Assembly: GCA_043228905.1 (NCBI GenBank)
Contig: JBHGNT010000014.1
Coordinates: forward strand, 19,530,001 to 19,594,000
Direction of reading: 5' to 3'
Origin: Azolla caroliniana
Lineage: Eukaryota > Plantae > Polypodiophyta
Length of the DNA stretch: 64,000 nucleotides
Of this stretch, positions 38,201 to 50,400 are shown piece after piece. A program made the translations under genes and the position numbers. The first letter of the stretch is position 1. Every line of letters starts with the position of its first letter. The notes below the pieces were generated by a model that was not told the DNA's origin, did not search any database, and saw nothing but the letters and a program-made list of their open reading frames with translations.

Positions 38201-40493
38201 GGATAAGGGTCAAGGATACGACGAGCCCGAGGAGGATCCTTCACACCGGATCCGGAGACTCCGGCGGTCGGCTCGAGAGCTGACGTGAGACCTAGAGTGA
38301 CGATCGGTGGTAGCGAGGGGACGAAGGCAAAGGGCTACGAATGGGAGGTCCCACGAAGATCCTCACACCGATCCGATGGTCAGCCCGAGTGCTGGCATGA
38401 GTCCTATAGGAGAGATCGGTGGCGGCAGGTGAATGTTATCGGACGACAGGAAGCGACGAACGACAAGGAGGTATGAGGCCGGCGAGGCGGCTATGAACCA
38501 TCTCAAATCTTCCGGCAAGGTCAGTGGGCATAAGGAAGTCCGGTCCTATGGGATCCCCACACCGGTTCCGGAGACTCCGGCAGTTCGGCCAACATGGCAA
38601 CATGAGACCGAGAGAGAAGGTTGGTGGCGGCGGGAAACGGGACCCAGCAACACGAAGGCGGGACCCGGCTACGCGGAAGACACGAGGAGAGTCGCGAAGG
38701 ACTCCGACAGAAGACACCCGAATTTCGGCAAGCAGAGAAACGGAGTCCGGTTCTATGGGACCCTCACACCGATCCGGAGACTTCGGCAGTTCGGCCAACG
38801 TGGCAACATGAGACCTAGGGAGAAGGACGGTGGCGGTAGGGAACGGGACCCGACGACACGAGATAACGGATCGGGAGTCGGTAAGACGGGGGGGGCAAAC
38901 AAAGTGCGAAACCCTTATCGGCCGGCTACGGTTTCGGAAGGAGCCGGATCGAAGTGTGACTACGGGACGGTGTTCGGCACGGGCGGTGCCGAACGAAGGA
39001 AGCGGAAGACTCGGGACCTGTTGCAGCAACGCAAAACGGTAAGGGCCAAGTGGGCTACTAGGGGGTGTTCCTCGGATGCAGAGCACACCGGTATGCGGAT
39101 GAGTGGTGATGCACGATCTGGCCGGGAAAGGGGCCGACAAGGCGTCAAAAGAACCGGAGTGCGACACAGGCAATGCCAAACAACGGACGAGGATATGTGG
39201 CAGACGGAGGTGCCGGAGCGGAAAGACGAGCGCGAAGATGGGTAGCGCGGTTTGGAGGTAGCGCGTAGAAGGCCAAAGAAGGATCCTCCACACTGTTTCG
39301 GAGACCATGGCGGTTCGAGCTGACGCAACGACGTAAGACCATGGAGAAGGAAGGTGATGGCGAGAGGACGAAGGCAACGCGAAACAACATGGGGCGGCAA
39401 TCACGACAACACGAATGGTTGACGGAGGCCAAGCGGGCCACCGCGGGCGTTCCTCAAGCGGAGGACATCAGGCATATGATAGAGAACGGAGCCTGCATAC
39501 GGCCGAACAAGGGCCAACGGAAGTACGCGTACTACGGAGATTGCAACGAAGGACCCATTGATGGGTCGAACGAGCCTACGGGGAGGTAAGCGCGAAGGGA
39601 GAACCGAAGACGACGGTTCAAACCGGCAGCGAGCCGGGATGCAGATTACGGAAGACCGGTTTCTCACCGGCCGAAATTTCTCACCCTTCACCGGATTTGG
39701 CACATACCGGTGGACGTGCGGTTAGGTGGGGGCGGATGTCGTGTAGAATTTTGTCCAGAGGCGAAAACCGGGAAATATTGGCTACATCGGTGGGTGCACC
39801 ATGTGCACTCACCCTCGTGTAATTGTGTGAATAATAGGAGTTAAGTCGGGACGAAGAGTCCCATGTAAATCGGGATTTATCCCACATTGTAACGCATCCC
39901 TCTCCTTATTCTATAAAAGGAAGGGATGGTCCCTTGTAGAAGGGTTGCCCATTTTGTATTAGCAGGGTATACCGTTAGACGGAGAGACATTCTCTCTTTC
40001 TCTCTCTCTCTCTCTTGTTTTAGTTCTTCTTCTTCTTCTTCTTCGTCCTTCCGTGCGTCGAGCCTTGGCATCTAGCGTCCAGTTTTCTGCCATGTACTCT
40101 GTGCAAGACCCCGCTCGACGCGACAAGCCCGAGAGCTCCCCAACCGGCAGCTTGGCAGTAGACAACGGTTGTATCTCGTGCGACCTAGGTCCGACTTGAA
40201 GTCGGTATCGAATCTCGTGGTCTTGTAAATACATATACATTTGGTTGTGCATATTCGTCTCTCTATTGGTGTGCGTGTGCGTGTCTTAGTGTTTCTTTCT
40301 TGCTTATGTACATGTTCGTGCGAGAGTCGATGTTGCCTGCCTGCTCACTCTCTCTCTCTCCCTTCGGTTGCTTCCGGTGTGCTTCTAGGGTGCCCCGGAA
40401 AGGGTGAAGCACGGCTTCCTACGCTCCGTCACTCCCTAGTCCAAGACCCCCGTTGTCCCGCCTTTCTACACGCACGCGCGTAACAACGCGACA
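35285..40493 (+). mobile_element. Non-autonomous gag-only LTR element (TR-GAG-like), tRNA-Trp primed
   Basis: LTRs 35285-36050 and 39737-40493, PBS at 36055, PPT aggtgggggcgga, TSD ACGA/ACGG; no pol motifs seen. Confidence 0.9.
36088..37455 (+). pseudogene. gag: gag-like ORF with one in-frame TAG (36655) and an acidic C-terminal extension
   Basis: GRFNGDGVPSYLEAYNAEM...DKVLLFIRS aligns by eye with host gag GQFNGKDVSRYLRDYKAEM...DKLIMFLQS. Confidence 0.8.
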
Positions 40494-41196
40494 ACGGCTA
40501 GTTGGAATTGGTCATACCCGGAGTATAGGTCTTCGATGGAGTATATCGTGTGACCGGCAAACGCTTCCACAAATTCGTCCACTATCAGACCGACTAAGGA
40601 ACCGTAAACCATTCTTCTTTGGAACCGTAAACCATCGATTTGAGTATGGAGCGTTGGATGGCTCTAGAATCCCCATCGCCACCTTCTCCTTGAGCAAGTC
40701 AATGATTTTCGGAATATGCGGTCGTGGCACTGGAATTGGCTTCAGGTTCCACTGCACTCGATCAATCGTGGAGATCACGATCGACTTCACTATCTTTGGG
40801 TCAGCACACCCTATCTCTTTCGATGTGAATGCAAATGCTCTTCCATGCTGCTCCAACATCTCATGAAACCGTTCTTCTTCATTTTGTGAGAGGAAACCAC
40901 CTCCACCGATCCGAAGTTTCTTCCGGGTCTCATCCGTGAAGGCATGTCTGATATCCATAGACTTCCGAAGTGTCTGATCTGGCCGAGACTTCTTTCATCT
41001 TTTGTTCGCTATCGGCGAGCAACGGTCCCACGACCGGTTTCACCTTCTTTCCACGGTCTTATATATCGTACATACCATTGTTTCTTCTTTGCTAAGCGCA
41101 TCCAGCCCCATTTTCGCAATGATCTCATACATCTCGACCGATTCCACCGGAACTACCTGGTCTCCCTGGCTATTCTCTTCTACTAGCTCTTCAAGC
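40494..41196 (-). pseudogene. pol: Gypsy pol segment (RT N-terminus)
   Basis: GILEPSNAPYSNRWFTVPKKNG; YSGYDQFQLA. Confidence 0.85.
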
Positions 41197-41528
41197 TGTT
41201 GAGCGGTAAGCTCAACCGGAGCCGGATTGGCTAAATAAGCCGGAGCCGGTAAGCGAGACGGATCGGGCGAAACGGATCGGTATGACGGTGAGCAACCGAA
41301 ACGGCAAGCAGTGGAGGCCGGGTGCAATCCGTAACCGACAGTCCAATCGGAAGCCTAGAATAGGATAGACTACTAGGTATCTATAGTCTCGTAGTAAGTG
41401 TCAGATGCTCGTGTGAGCATTGAAGTACATGGTACTTCTGTCAGTCCCAAGAGGACTTGTATAAATAGTGCTACTTAGCACAGTGTGTATCAGTTGAGTC
41501 TTTATATAATTTTGGAAATTACGTTCTG

Positions 41529-41568
<40 letters not shown>

Positions 41569-41702
41569 TGTTCTCTGTTTTACGCTTCCACAAACACTTA
41601 CGTTTACATGGTATCAGAGCGCGAGGGTTGAGAACCTCTGCTGCAGACATTTACTCTTGAGAAGAAAACCCTAACAGGTCGAAAATAGACACAGTAGAAG
41701 AC

Positions 41703-42066
41703 ATGGATAGAGGCATGGCTACGTCGCTCCCGGTGGAAAAGCTCGACAGGAGCAACTACGCATCCTGGTCTTACAAGATGCACCAATACCTGCTTGGACA
41801 CGGGTATTGGAGTTATGTCGAAGGAGCGAATGATGCGGCGCCAGACTCGGCACACAAGGACTTCCCGGTATGGGAACAGGCGGCAAACAGGGTGATGTAC
41901 TGCTTCGCATCCAGTGTCGGCGATCAGCTGCTCAGCCACATCTGTGACGCCAAGACACCGAAGGATGCTTGGGGGAACCTGAAAAAGGTTTTCGCCGCAA
42001 GCACCACTGCCCGGAAGCTGCAACTCAGACAGGAGTTGAGCAATGTTCGACAGAAGAACATGTCCG
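41703..42066 (+). pseudogene. gag: Copia B gag N-terminus
   Basis: EKLDRSNYASWSYKMHQYLLGHGYW...ELSNVRQKNMS, continues in frame as VADY after Copia C. Confidence 0.9.
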
Positions 42067-45000
42067 TGTTGGGATTATGGTCCCTTTCGGATGGGATGGT
42101 CGGATGTCCGAAGATGAATGCCGACAAGCCCGGTTTCGGTTTTCGGAACCGGATGATGAAGACCCCGGTTTCAGAACCGGATGACGAATGTACCCGGAGA
42201 GAGATCCGGATGCGGGGACATATCTGCGAATATGTTTGCCAAGGGCCTTTGAGGCTATAGTTGTAAATAGCCCGAAAGTCATATGTGTATAAATATGACT
42301 TAGGGCAAACAGTTTTCTTGTTGCTATTCATTTTTCTGTTTTTCCACTCTAGAGGAGTGAAGAGAGAGAGCAGCCGTGAGAGAGAGAGATAGATCGCGCG
42401 AGAGAGAGAGACGAAGAGGTCGACGCCTCTGTGTATTTCCGCCGCCTGTGGCGAGGACAGCGAGCTCAAGGTCGTCGCCTTGCAGCTCGCCATTGTATAC
42501 TTCTCTTTGTATAGTGTTGGTTTGGAGTCTTGTACTCCCGTGGTTTTTCCCATCTAGGGTTTTCCACGTTAATCCCTGTGTGCTCGCGTTTTGTTTCTCC
42601 GTTTGGTTCCTATTTTCTGCTGCATTGATCCGCGATTACTCGGTTGTGGCCGAGTGGTGAAGGTGAATCGAAGCGTCGATTCCCAACAAACTGGTATCAG
42701 AGCGAACTGCTGCAGAAAATGGAAGGCGGCGGCAGCGGGCAGCCGGGGATGATGGTGCTGAATGCGCAGAATTACGCCGACTGGAAGATCAAGATGGAGG
42801 ATCTTCTGATTGTTCGGGACCTGTACGAACCGATTGACAGGTCGGAAATACCGAAAGGGGTACTTGAGTCGGAGTGGAAGCTCCTGAACCGGAAAGCCGT
42901 AGCGACGATCCGACAATATGTCGATGTAAGCGTCCTACAACATGTGGCGAACGACACCAACGCATATGAGATGTGGAAGAAGCTGTCGGGCCTCTACGAG
43001 AGGAAGAATGCGTTGAACCGGACCTCCCTGATGAGGAAGATAGTGAACCTCAAGTATCGAGACGGCGAGAGTATGGTGGAACACGTAAGCACGTTCATGG
43101 GATTCGTGAATCAGCTTGCGGCGATCAAGTTCCCGTTGGAGGATGCAATGCAAGCCCTCATCCTGATGTGTACATTGCCGGAAAGCTGGGAGAACTTGGT
43201 GGTGACTCTCAGCACCTCCTGCACAGAAGATAACTTGTCCTTGCAAACGGTAAAGACGAGTATTCTGAATGAAGAAGCGCGTCGGAGAGATAAAGAACCG
43301 GCCTCCGACCCGAAGGCGCTGCTTACCGAATCGGATCGGGGAAGACAATGGAACCGGAGTCCGCAAAGACGGGAGAAGTCGGGGACCCGGTCGCAGTCAA
43401 GAGGAAGGCCCACATGCTTCCACTGTGGGAAGCCGGGGCACTTCCGAAAGAATTGTCGGCATTACCGAAAAGACAACGGAGCCGACGACACCGGTTCGAA
43501 GAAGTCACCGGAGAGAAACGGTGCATACCGGGGAGCCACGGACCGGAGAGGTTCGGATCGGCGAGGGCAGGACAGGAAAGGAACGACGGCACTCGCGGCA
43601 AGTGAGGAAGAAATCATGGTCATCACCGAAGAAGGTGAACTAAACATTGCCGGCGATGAGACGACCTGGGTGGTCGATTCCGGAGCATCGTTCCACCTGA
43701 CCCCGGAGAGAAGATACTTCTCATCCTACACAGCCGGTGAGCATGGCTGTGTTCGGATGGGAAATGAAGGTACGTGCCGGATTGCCGGCATAGGAGACGT
43801 GTGGTTGACAACCCCGACCGGATGCAAAATGCTGCTGAAGGATGTCCGACACGTTCCGGAGGTTCGATTGAACCTGATTTCGGCCGGGAGGCTAGACGAT
43901 GAAGGCTACACAGGTAGCATCCGGAACGGCGTGATGAAGTTCAGCAAGGGGAGCCTGATAGTGGCTCGGGCCCGGAAAGACAACACACTGTACCTGATGA
44001 ATGCCCGGTTATGTCCGGAAGAGCTGAATGTGGCAGCCGACACTGCCGGTGAGCTGTGGCACAAAAGACTGTGTCACATGAGTGAGAAGGGGATGAAGAG
44101 GCTTGCAGAAGACAACCTTATTCCAGTGAAGCATGTGCACCTGGAGAAGTGCACCGATTGCCTGGCCGGTAAGCAGAACCGAACCTTCTTCCACTCAAGG
44201 CCACCGACGAGACGTAGAGCACCTTTGGAGTTGGTGCACACCGATGTGTGTCAGGTAGAAACGAAGTCACATGGCGGAGCCCAGTACTTCGTAACATTCA
44301 TAGATGATCATAGCCGAAGACTGTGGACGGCACCGATGAAGACAAAGGACCAAGTGTTGTCCGTCTTCAAAGAACTCCACGCGAGAGTGGAAAGAGAATC
44401 CGGCAAGAAGCTGAAAGCGATACGAGCGGATAACGGAGGGGAATACCGGGGACAGTTCCAGGAGTACTGTCGCTCGAAGGGAATCCGGCTCGAGTTTACT
44501 GTGCCGAAGACGCCGGAACTGAACGGGCTGGCCGAGAGGATGAACCGGACCATAATGGAGAGGGTCCGGAGTATGCTGGCGCATGCGAAATTACCCAAGG
44601 GGTTTTGGGCTGAGGCAATGTCCACGGCGACATATGTGATAAACCGATCACCCTCAGTACCTTTGGACGGAGACACGCCGCAGAGAGTGTGGACCGGTAG
44701 AGAAGTATCCTACCGGCATCTGAAGGTGTTCGGGTGTCTCGCATACGTGCATGTGGCAAAGGACCGGAGAGGAAAGCTAGATCCAAAGACCCGGCCATGC
44801 ATATTCCTCGGTTACGGCGACGACGAGTTCGGCTACCGAGTATGGGACCCGGTCGACAAGAAGATATTCAGGAGTCGAGACATCATCTTCATGGAGAACA
44901 AGACACTCGCCGACTGGGAGTCGGAGAAGAAGATGAAGAGCTCCAAGTCGACCGGTGAGGATCAACTCTACGAGGAGCAGTCCCGACCGGCAAGGGACCG

Positions 45001-47424
45001 GTTAGCACTCGAGGATCCGGCCGAAGACGGTGAAGAAACAGAACCGGCCGAAGAAGATGAAAATGATACCGGAACCGGCCCCGATCCCGAAATGGATTCG
45101 GATGAAGAAGAATCGGAAGAACCGGTTACCGAAGCTCCGGAACGGAGATATCCTCTAAGAGAGAGAAGGGCCCCCCGGAGATTTCCGGAACCAGAGCACC
45201 TGTTGCTAACCGACGAGGGGGAGCCGGAGAGCTTTGAAGAGGCAAAGCATGACACCCAGAGCCGCAGGTGGTTGAGTGCCATGCAGGACGAGATGGATTC
45301 CCTGCATGAGAACCACACATATGAACTTGTGGAGCTGCCGAAAGGAAAACGGGCACTCCGTAACAAGTGGGTGTTCAAGCTGAAACCGGGAGATGCCGGA
45401 AAACCCCCGAGATACAAAGCCAGGATCGTGGTGAAGGGGTTTCAGCAGAAGAAGGGCGTCGACTTCGACGAGATATTTGCCCCGGTAGTGAAGATGACCT
45501 CCATCCGGACGGTGCTGAGCATAGCGGCAAGCATGGACCTCGAGGTAGAACAGATGGACGTGAAGACGGCATTCCTTCACGGTGACCTCGATGAAGAGAT
45601 CTACATGCAGCAACCGGAAGGATTCGAGAAGAAAGGGAAGGAGCACCTGGTATGCCGGTTGAAGAAGAGCCTTTACGGACTGAAGCAGGCTCCCCGGCAA
45701 TGGTACCGGAAGTTCGACTCCTTCATGACCGACGAAGGGTATCTCAAAATGCAGTCCGACCACTGCGTGTTTGTGAAGAAGTTCGAAGGAGGAGACTTTC
45801 TAATACTCCTCCTGTACGTGGACGACATGTTGATCGTCGGACGGGACCAGGTCAAGATACGGATGCTGAAGAAGGCTCTTCACCGAACCTTCTCAATGAA
45901 GGACCTGGGTTCGGCGAGACAAATACTAGGGATACACATCATCCGGGACCGGAAGAAGAAGCTGTTGTGGCTGTCACAGGAGAAGTACGTGACGAAGGTG
46001 CTTCACCGGTTCAACATGTCGGAAGCAAGACCGGTCGGATCGACCCTCCCGGCAAACTGCAAGCTGTCCAGCAAGCAAAGTCCCAAGACAAAGGCTGAAA
46101 AGGAGGATATGATGAAAGTGCCGTATGCCTCAGCCGTCGGGAGCTTGATGTACGCCATGGTGTGTACGAGACCGGACATCGGATATGCAGTCGGAGTGGT
46201 GAGCCGGTACATGAGCAATCCCGGCAAAGAGCATTGGAACGCGGCCAAGTGGATACTCCGATACCTGAAGGGCACGGCAAACGTGTGCCTCCGATTCGGC
46301 TCCGGTAAGCCCGAACTCGACGGCTTCACCGATTCGGATATGTCGGCTGATGCAGATACCAGCCGGTCCACATCAGGGTATGTGATGACGTATGCAGGGG
46401 GAGCTGTTTCATGGCAGTCGAGGCTGCAGAAGACGGTTGCGTTGTCAACCACGGAGGCGGAGTACATGGCGGCTGTTGAAGCCGGCAAGGAAATGATATG
46501 GATGAAGGACTTCATTAGAGAGCTCGGTATCCGACAGGAGGAGTACCGACTCTACTGCGACAGTCAGAGCGCAATCCACCTTGCGAAGAACGCGGCCTAT
46601 CACTCCCAGACGAAGCACATCCAGCGAAGATATCACTGGATCCGGGAAAGGATAGAAGACAAGGAGTTCGTGCTGACGAAGATCCACACGGACGAGAACG
46701 GGTCGGATATGCTGACCAAGGTGCTTACACCCGACAAGCTGGAAGCATGCCGGAAGAGGATAGGATTGGAGAGACATCCCATACCGAAGTGAAGGGGGAG
46801 TTTGTTGGGATTATGGTCCCTTTCGGATGGGATGGTCGGATGTCCGAAGATGAATGCCGACAAGCCCGGTTTCGGTTTTCGGAACCGGATGATGAAGACC
46901 CCGGTTTCAGAACCGGATGACGAATGTACCCGGAGAGAGATCCGGATGCGGGGACATATCTGCGAATATGTTTGCCAAGGGCCCTTGAGGCTATAGTTGT
47001 AAATAGCCCGAAAGTCATATGTGTATAAATATGACTTAGGGCAAACAGTTTTGTTGTTGCTATTCATTTTTCTGTTTTTCCACTCTAGAGGAGTGAAGAG
47101 AGAGAGCAGCCGTGAGAGAGAGAGATAGATCGCGCGAGAGAGAGAGACGAAGAGGTCGACGCCTCTGTGTATTTCCGCCGCCTGTGGCGAGGACAGCGAC
47201 CTCAAGGTCGTCGCCTTGCAGCTCGCCATTGTATACTTCTGTTTGTATAGTGTTGGTTTGGAGTCTTGTACTCCCGTGGTTTTTCCCATCTAGGGTTTTC
47301 CACGTTAATCCCTGTGTGCTCGCGTTTTGTTTCTCCGTTTGGTTCCTATTTTCTGCTGCATTGATCCGCGATTACTCGGTTGTGGCCGAGTGGTGAAGGT
47401 GAATCGAAGCGTCGATTCCCAACA
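42067..47424 (+). mobile_element. Ty1/Copia element C (Tnt1/Tork-like), structurally intact
   Basis: 622-bp LTRs 42067-42688 and 46803-47424, perfect TSD GTCCG, PBS tggtatcagagc at 42692, PPT gaagggggag. Confidence 0.97.
42719..46792 (+). CDS. Intact Copia gag-pol polyprotein (about 1357 aa from first ATG)
   Basis: Uninterrupted ORF: CFHCGKPGHFRKNC, WVVDSGAS, HTDVC/ADNGGEY/GLAER, LYVDD, RNase H TDSD...EAEY...CDSQS. Confidence 0.95.
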   Translation: MEGGGSGQPGMMVLNAQNYADWKIKMEDLLIVRDLYEPIDRSEIPKGVLESEWKLLNRKAVATIRQYVDVSVLQHVANDTNAYEMWKKLSGLYERKNALNRTSLMRKIVNLKYRDGESMVEHVSTFMGFVNQLAAIKFPLEDAMQALILMCTLPESWENLVVTLSTSCTEDNLSLQTVKTSILNEEARRRDKEPASDPKALLTESDRGRQWNRSPQRREKSGTRSQSRGRPTCFHCGKPGHFRKNCRHYRKDNGADDTGSKKSPERNGAYRGATDRRGSDRRGQDRKGTTALAASEEEIMVITEEGELNIAGDETTWVVDSGASFHLTPERRYFSSYTAGEHGCVRMGNEGTCRIAGIGDVWLTTPTGCKMLLKDVRHVPEVRLNLISAGRLDDEGYTGSIRNGVMKFSKGSLIVARARKDNTLYLMNARLCPEELNVAADTAGELWHKRLCHMSEKGMKRLAEDNLIPVKHVHLEKCTDCLAGKQNRTFFHSRPPTRRRAPLELVHTDVCQVETKSHGGAQYFVTFIDDHSRRLWTAPMKTKDQVLSVFKELHARVERESGKKLKAIRADNGGEYRGQFQEYCRSKGIRLEFTVPKTPELNGLAERMNRTIMERVRSMLAHAKLPKGFWAEAMSTATYVINRSPSVPLDGDTPQRVWTGREVSYRHLKVFGCLAYVHVAKDRRGKLDPKTRPCIFLGYGDDEFGYRVWDPVDKKIFRSRDIIFMENKTLADWESEKKMKSSKSTGEDQLYEEQSRPARDRLALEDPAEDGEETEPAEEDENDTGTGPDPEMDSDEEESEEPVTEAPERRYPLRERRAPRRFPEPEHLLLTDEGEPESFEEAKHDTQSRRWLSAMQDEMDSLHENHTYELVELPKGKRALRNKWVFKLKPGDAGKPPRYKARIVVKGFQQKKGVDFDEIFAPVVKMTSIRTVLSIAASMDLEVEQMDVKTAFLHGDLDEEIYMQQPEGFEKKGKEHLVCRLKKSLYGLKQAPRQWYRKFDSFMTDEGYLKMQSDHCVFVKKFEGGDFLILLLYVDDMLIVGRDQVKIRMLKKALHRTFSMKDLGSARQILGIHIIRDRKKKLLWLSQEKYVTKVLHRFNMSEARPVGSTLPANCKLSSKQSPKTKAEKEDMMKVPYASAVGSLMYAMVCTRPDIGYAVGVVSRYMSNPGKEHWNAAKWILRYLKGTANVCLRFGSGKPELDGFTDSDMSADADTSRSTSGYVMTYAGGAVSWQSRLQKTVALSTTEAEYMAAVEAGKEMIWMKDFIRELGIRQEEYRLYCDSQSAIHLAKNAAYHSQTKHIQRRYHWIRERIEDKEFVLTKIHTDENGSDMLTKVLTPDKLEACRKRIGLERHPIPK

Positions 47425-47429
47425 GTCCG

Positions 47430-50400
47430 TGGCAGACTACACGGGCCGGATAAAGGAGATTTGCGACTCACTCGCCTCTATCAATGTTACCGTAGAGGAT
47501 GACGAGATGGTGCAGGTATGTCTCGGAGGCATGGTGTCCAAGTTCGGAGTGTTCCGGACTGCGGTGTGTACAAGGGAGAATACTCCCTCATTCTTCGACT
47601 TACAATCGATGCTCCTTGTAGAGGAGAACCACGCCGGTGCATCTACCAGTGCATCCCCGGACAGCCGAATGCTGTACACGGGAACGGATCGGCACTGTGG
47701 GCGTGGTGGAAGAGGTGGGTCGGCATGCAATGGAGGTGGCCGGCAAGAGCAGGAATGGAGGCACTATGAGTGTGCTGACAGCAGTTCCGGGACTTCCACA
47801 AGCAGGGGGAGTCAAGGCGGTGCCGGAGGCCGGCAAGACAAATCCGCTACGGAATGCTGGTACTATGGCAAAAAAGGCCACAGGGAAAGCGAGTGCCGGA
47901 GAAAGCGTACTGATTCGGACAAATCTGGATCCAACAAGACCGGTAAGGATGGCCGACAAAACTCGCACTACGCAAACGGATCAGGAGGATCCGGAACCGG
48001 AAAGGCCGGTAAGGGTCCAACCTTGGTGATGAATCACAAGGCAAACTCAATGAAGAAGATCACTTCCAAAACGGAGGAAGTGTGGTATGTTGATTCCGGC
48101 GCGTCGAACCACATGAGGAGCTACAAAGAGTGGTTCTGCTTTCTGGAGAAACCGGATCAACCAGGAGTAGTCGAAACCGGAGACGACACTCGTCACCCAA
48201 TTGTGCACGTCGGAGAAGTCCCTCTAAGCCACGTCGGACAGAAAGGGAAGCTGATGAACGTATTACACGTTCTGACAATCACGAAGAATCTGGTGTCCGT
48301 CGGTCAGATTGTCGACCAGGGGATGCAGGTGCGGTTTACGCACCTCGGGTGCTTCATTGAGGACGAGGGCGAAGTCATTGCGCAAGGGCGCAGAGACGGG
48401 AGGATGTTTATCCTCGACACCAATGACGTTGGCACCGCTCTGTTCGCGAAACGACAGAAGGTCGAGTCGGACATCGACCTGTGGCACAAGCGGATAGGCC
48501 ACGTCAACTACTGGAGGCTTCAAGATCTGCAAACGAAACAAGTTGTTTTCGGTTTGCCGAAGTTCAGCGGCCGGAGAGCCGAAATTTGTGAAGCCTGCCA
48601 ACTTGGGAAGCAACACCGGCTTCCATTCCCCACCGGACAGAACCGGAGCCGTAACAAGCTCGATCTCATCCATTCGGATGTGTGGGGACCGGCACAAAGT
48701 GTAAGCCTTGGCGGGAGCCGATACTTCGTCTCCTTCATCGACGACTATACTCGGCATACTTGGATCTACCTCATTGAGCGGAAGAGCGAAGTCTTCGACT
48801 GTTTCCGGAGCATCCAGAAGATGGTGGAACGGGAATCGGAGAGGAAGATCAAATGCCTTCGGTCGGATGGCGGAAAGGAATATTTTTCCGGCCAATTCAC
48901 TAGTTATCTGCAACAGAAGGGAATTCGGCAAGAGTTCAGCTGCAGATACACACCGGAGAAAAACGGTGTGGCCGAAAGGAAGAATCGGACACTCGTCGAA
49001 GTAGCAAGGACAATGCTGGAGGAGAAGAGCATGTCCCGGTTCTACTGGGCGGAGGCGGTCCGGACGGCCGTCTACATACAAAACCGCATTGGTGACAAGG
49101 TGTCAGCTCATGAGCTGTATTTCGGGCGCAAGCTGAACTTGAGACACCTTCGGATATTCGGCAGCATAACGTATGTGCATGTGCCGGATCAGAAGCGGAG
49201 AAAGCTGGATGCAAAATCGGAAAAATGCATTCTAGTCGGCTATGCTAAAGAGAAAAAGGGGTATAAGTGCTTTAAACCCCGGACAAAGGAAGTCTGAGTC
49301 AGCCGGGATGTCGAGTTCGATGAATCAGCATCTTGGTACTCCGTACCGACTCCGACCTCTGATTCCGACCCAATGCCGGAAGATCAGGCCAGTGAGCCTG
49401 AATCAGCCCTAGCAGAGGATGACGAAGCCGGGACTCAAAATGAGAGACCGGAATCGTTACGGTTGAGTGGACCGAATGAGCGACTGAGTCGGTTGGACCA
49501 GTCGGATGAAGAGACGACAAGTGGTGGAGACTCTGCCGTGCTCTCCCCGCGCAAGGAACCGAGGAAACGGTTCACGCGCAAAGAGAAGGGGAAGAGGAAG
49601 ATGCCGGAATTCGAAACCGGCAACGAAACGATGAGCCGGATCGGTGCGTATCCGACTCCGGAAAGGAGAAAGGTGGATCTTCGGCAACGAAGACCGAACT
49701 GGCCAAGAAGGGCCTCAAATCAGGTGACGGTGCGTTGCGCCGATCAACCCGCCAGAAGGATTCCGTCATGCGGTACGGGTACAATGAATACATGGCGCAT
49801 CATTATGCGTACATGACTAAGGTGACAGAAGTGCGTGAGCCGGAGAGCTACGCAGAAGCGGCAAAGGACGCAAATTGGCGTGCCGCTATGGACGAAGAAA
49901 TGCGGGCACTCGATGCCAACGAAACTTGGGACCTAGTTGATCCTCCCCGTCACTGTAGACCGATCGGATGCAAGTGGGTGTACAAGGTCAAGTACAACAC
50001 CGATGGTTCGGTTAACCGGTACAAAGCCCGGTTAGTGGCGAAGGGATACGCGCAGATCCACGGAATCGACTACGACGAGACCTTCGCTCCCGTGGCGAAG
50101 ATGATGACGGTTCGTGTGGTATTGGCGGTTGCTGCGGCAAGGGGGTGGCATCTTCACCAGATGGATGTGAAGAACGCCTTCCTTCAAGGAGAGCTTGAAG
50201 AAGAAGTCTTTATGACTCAGCCCCCCGGATTTCAATCGGAGATGAACAAGTCGGCGGTATGCCGACTGAAGAAGTTGCTTTACGGCTTGAAGCAAGCCCC
50301 CCGAGCCTGGAACGCGAAGATCACGCACCGGTTGCGTAAGCTAGGGTTTGCTGTCTCTAAGTCGGACTCTTCGTTGTTCATCCGGCAAGGCTCTGACGGT

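Noticed and set aside
36739-39404. Long antisense or alternative ORFs (315, 322, 270 aa)
   Set aside because: GC-rich repetitive sequence, no recognisable motifs; expected by chance
42644-42718. GTG start of the 1382-aa ORF
   Set aside because: Lies in the LTR/PBS; first ATG at 42719 is the plausible eukaryotic start
47327-47429. N-terminus of the 656-aa ORF
   Set aside because: Chance read-through from the Copia C LTR into the interrupted Copia B gag
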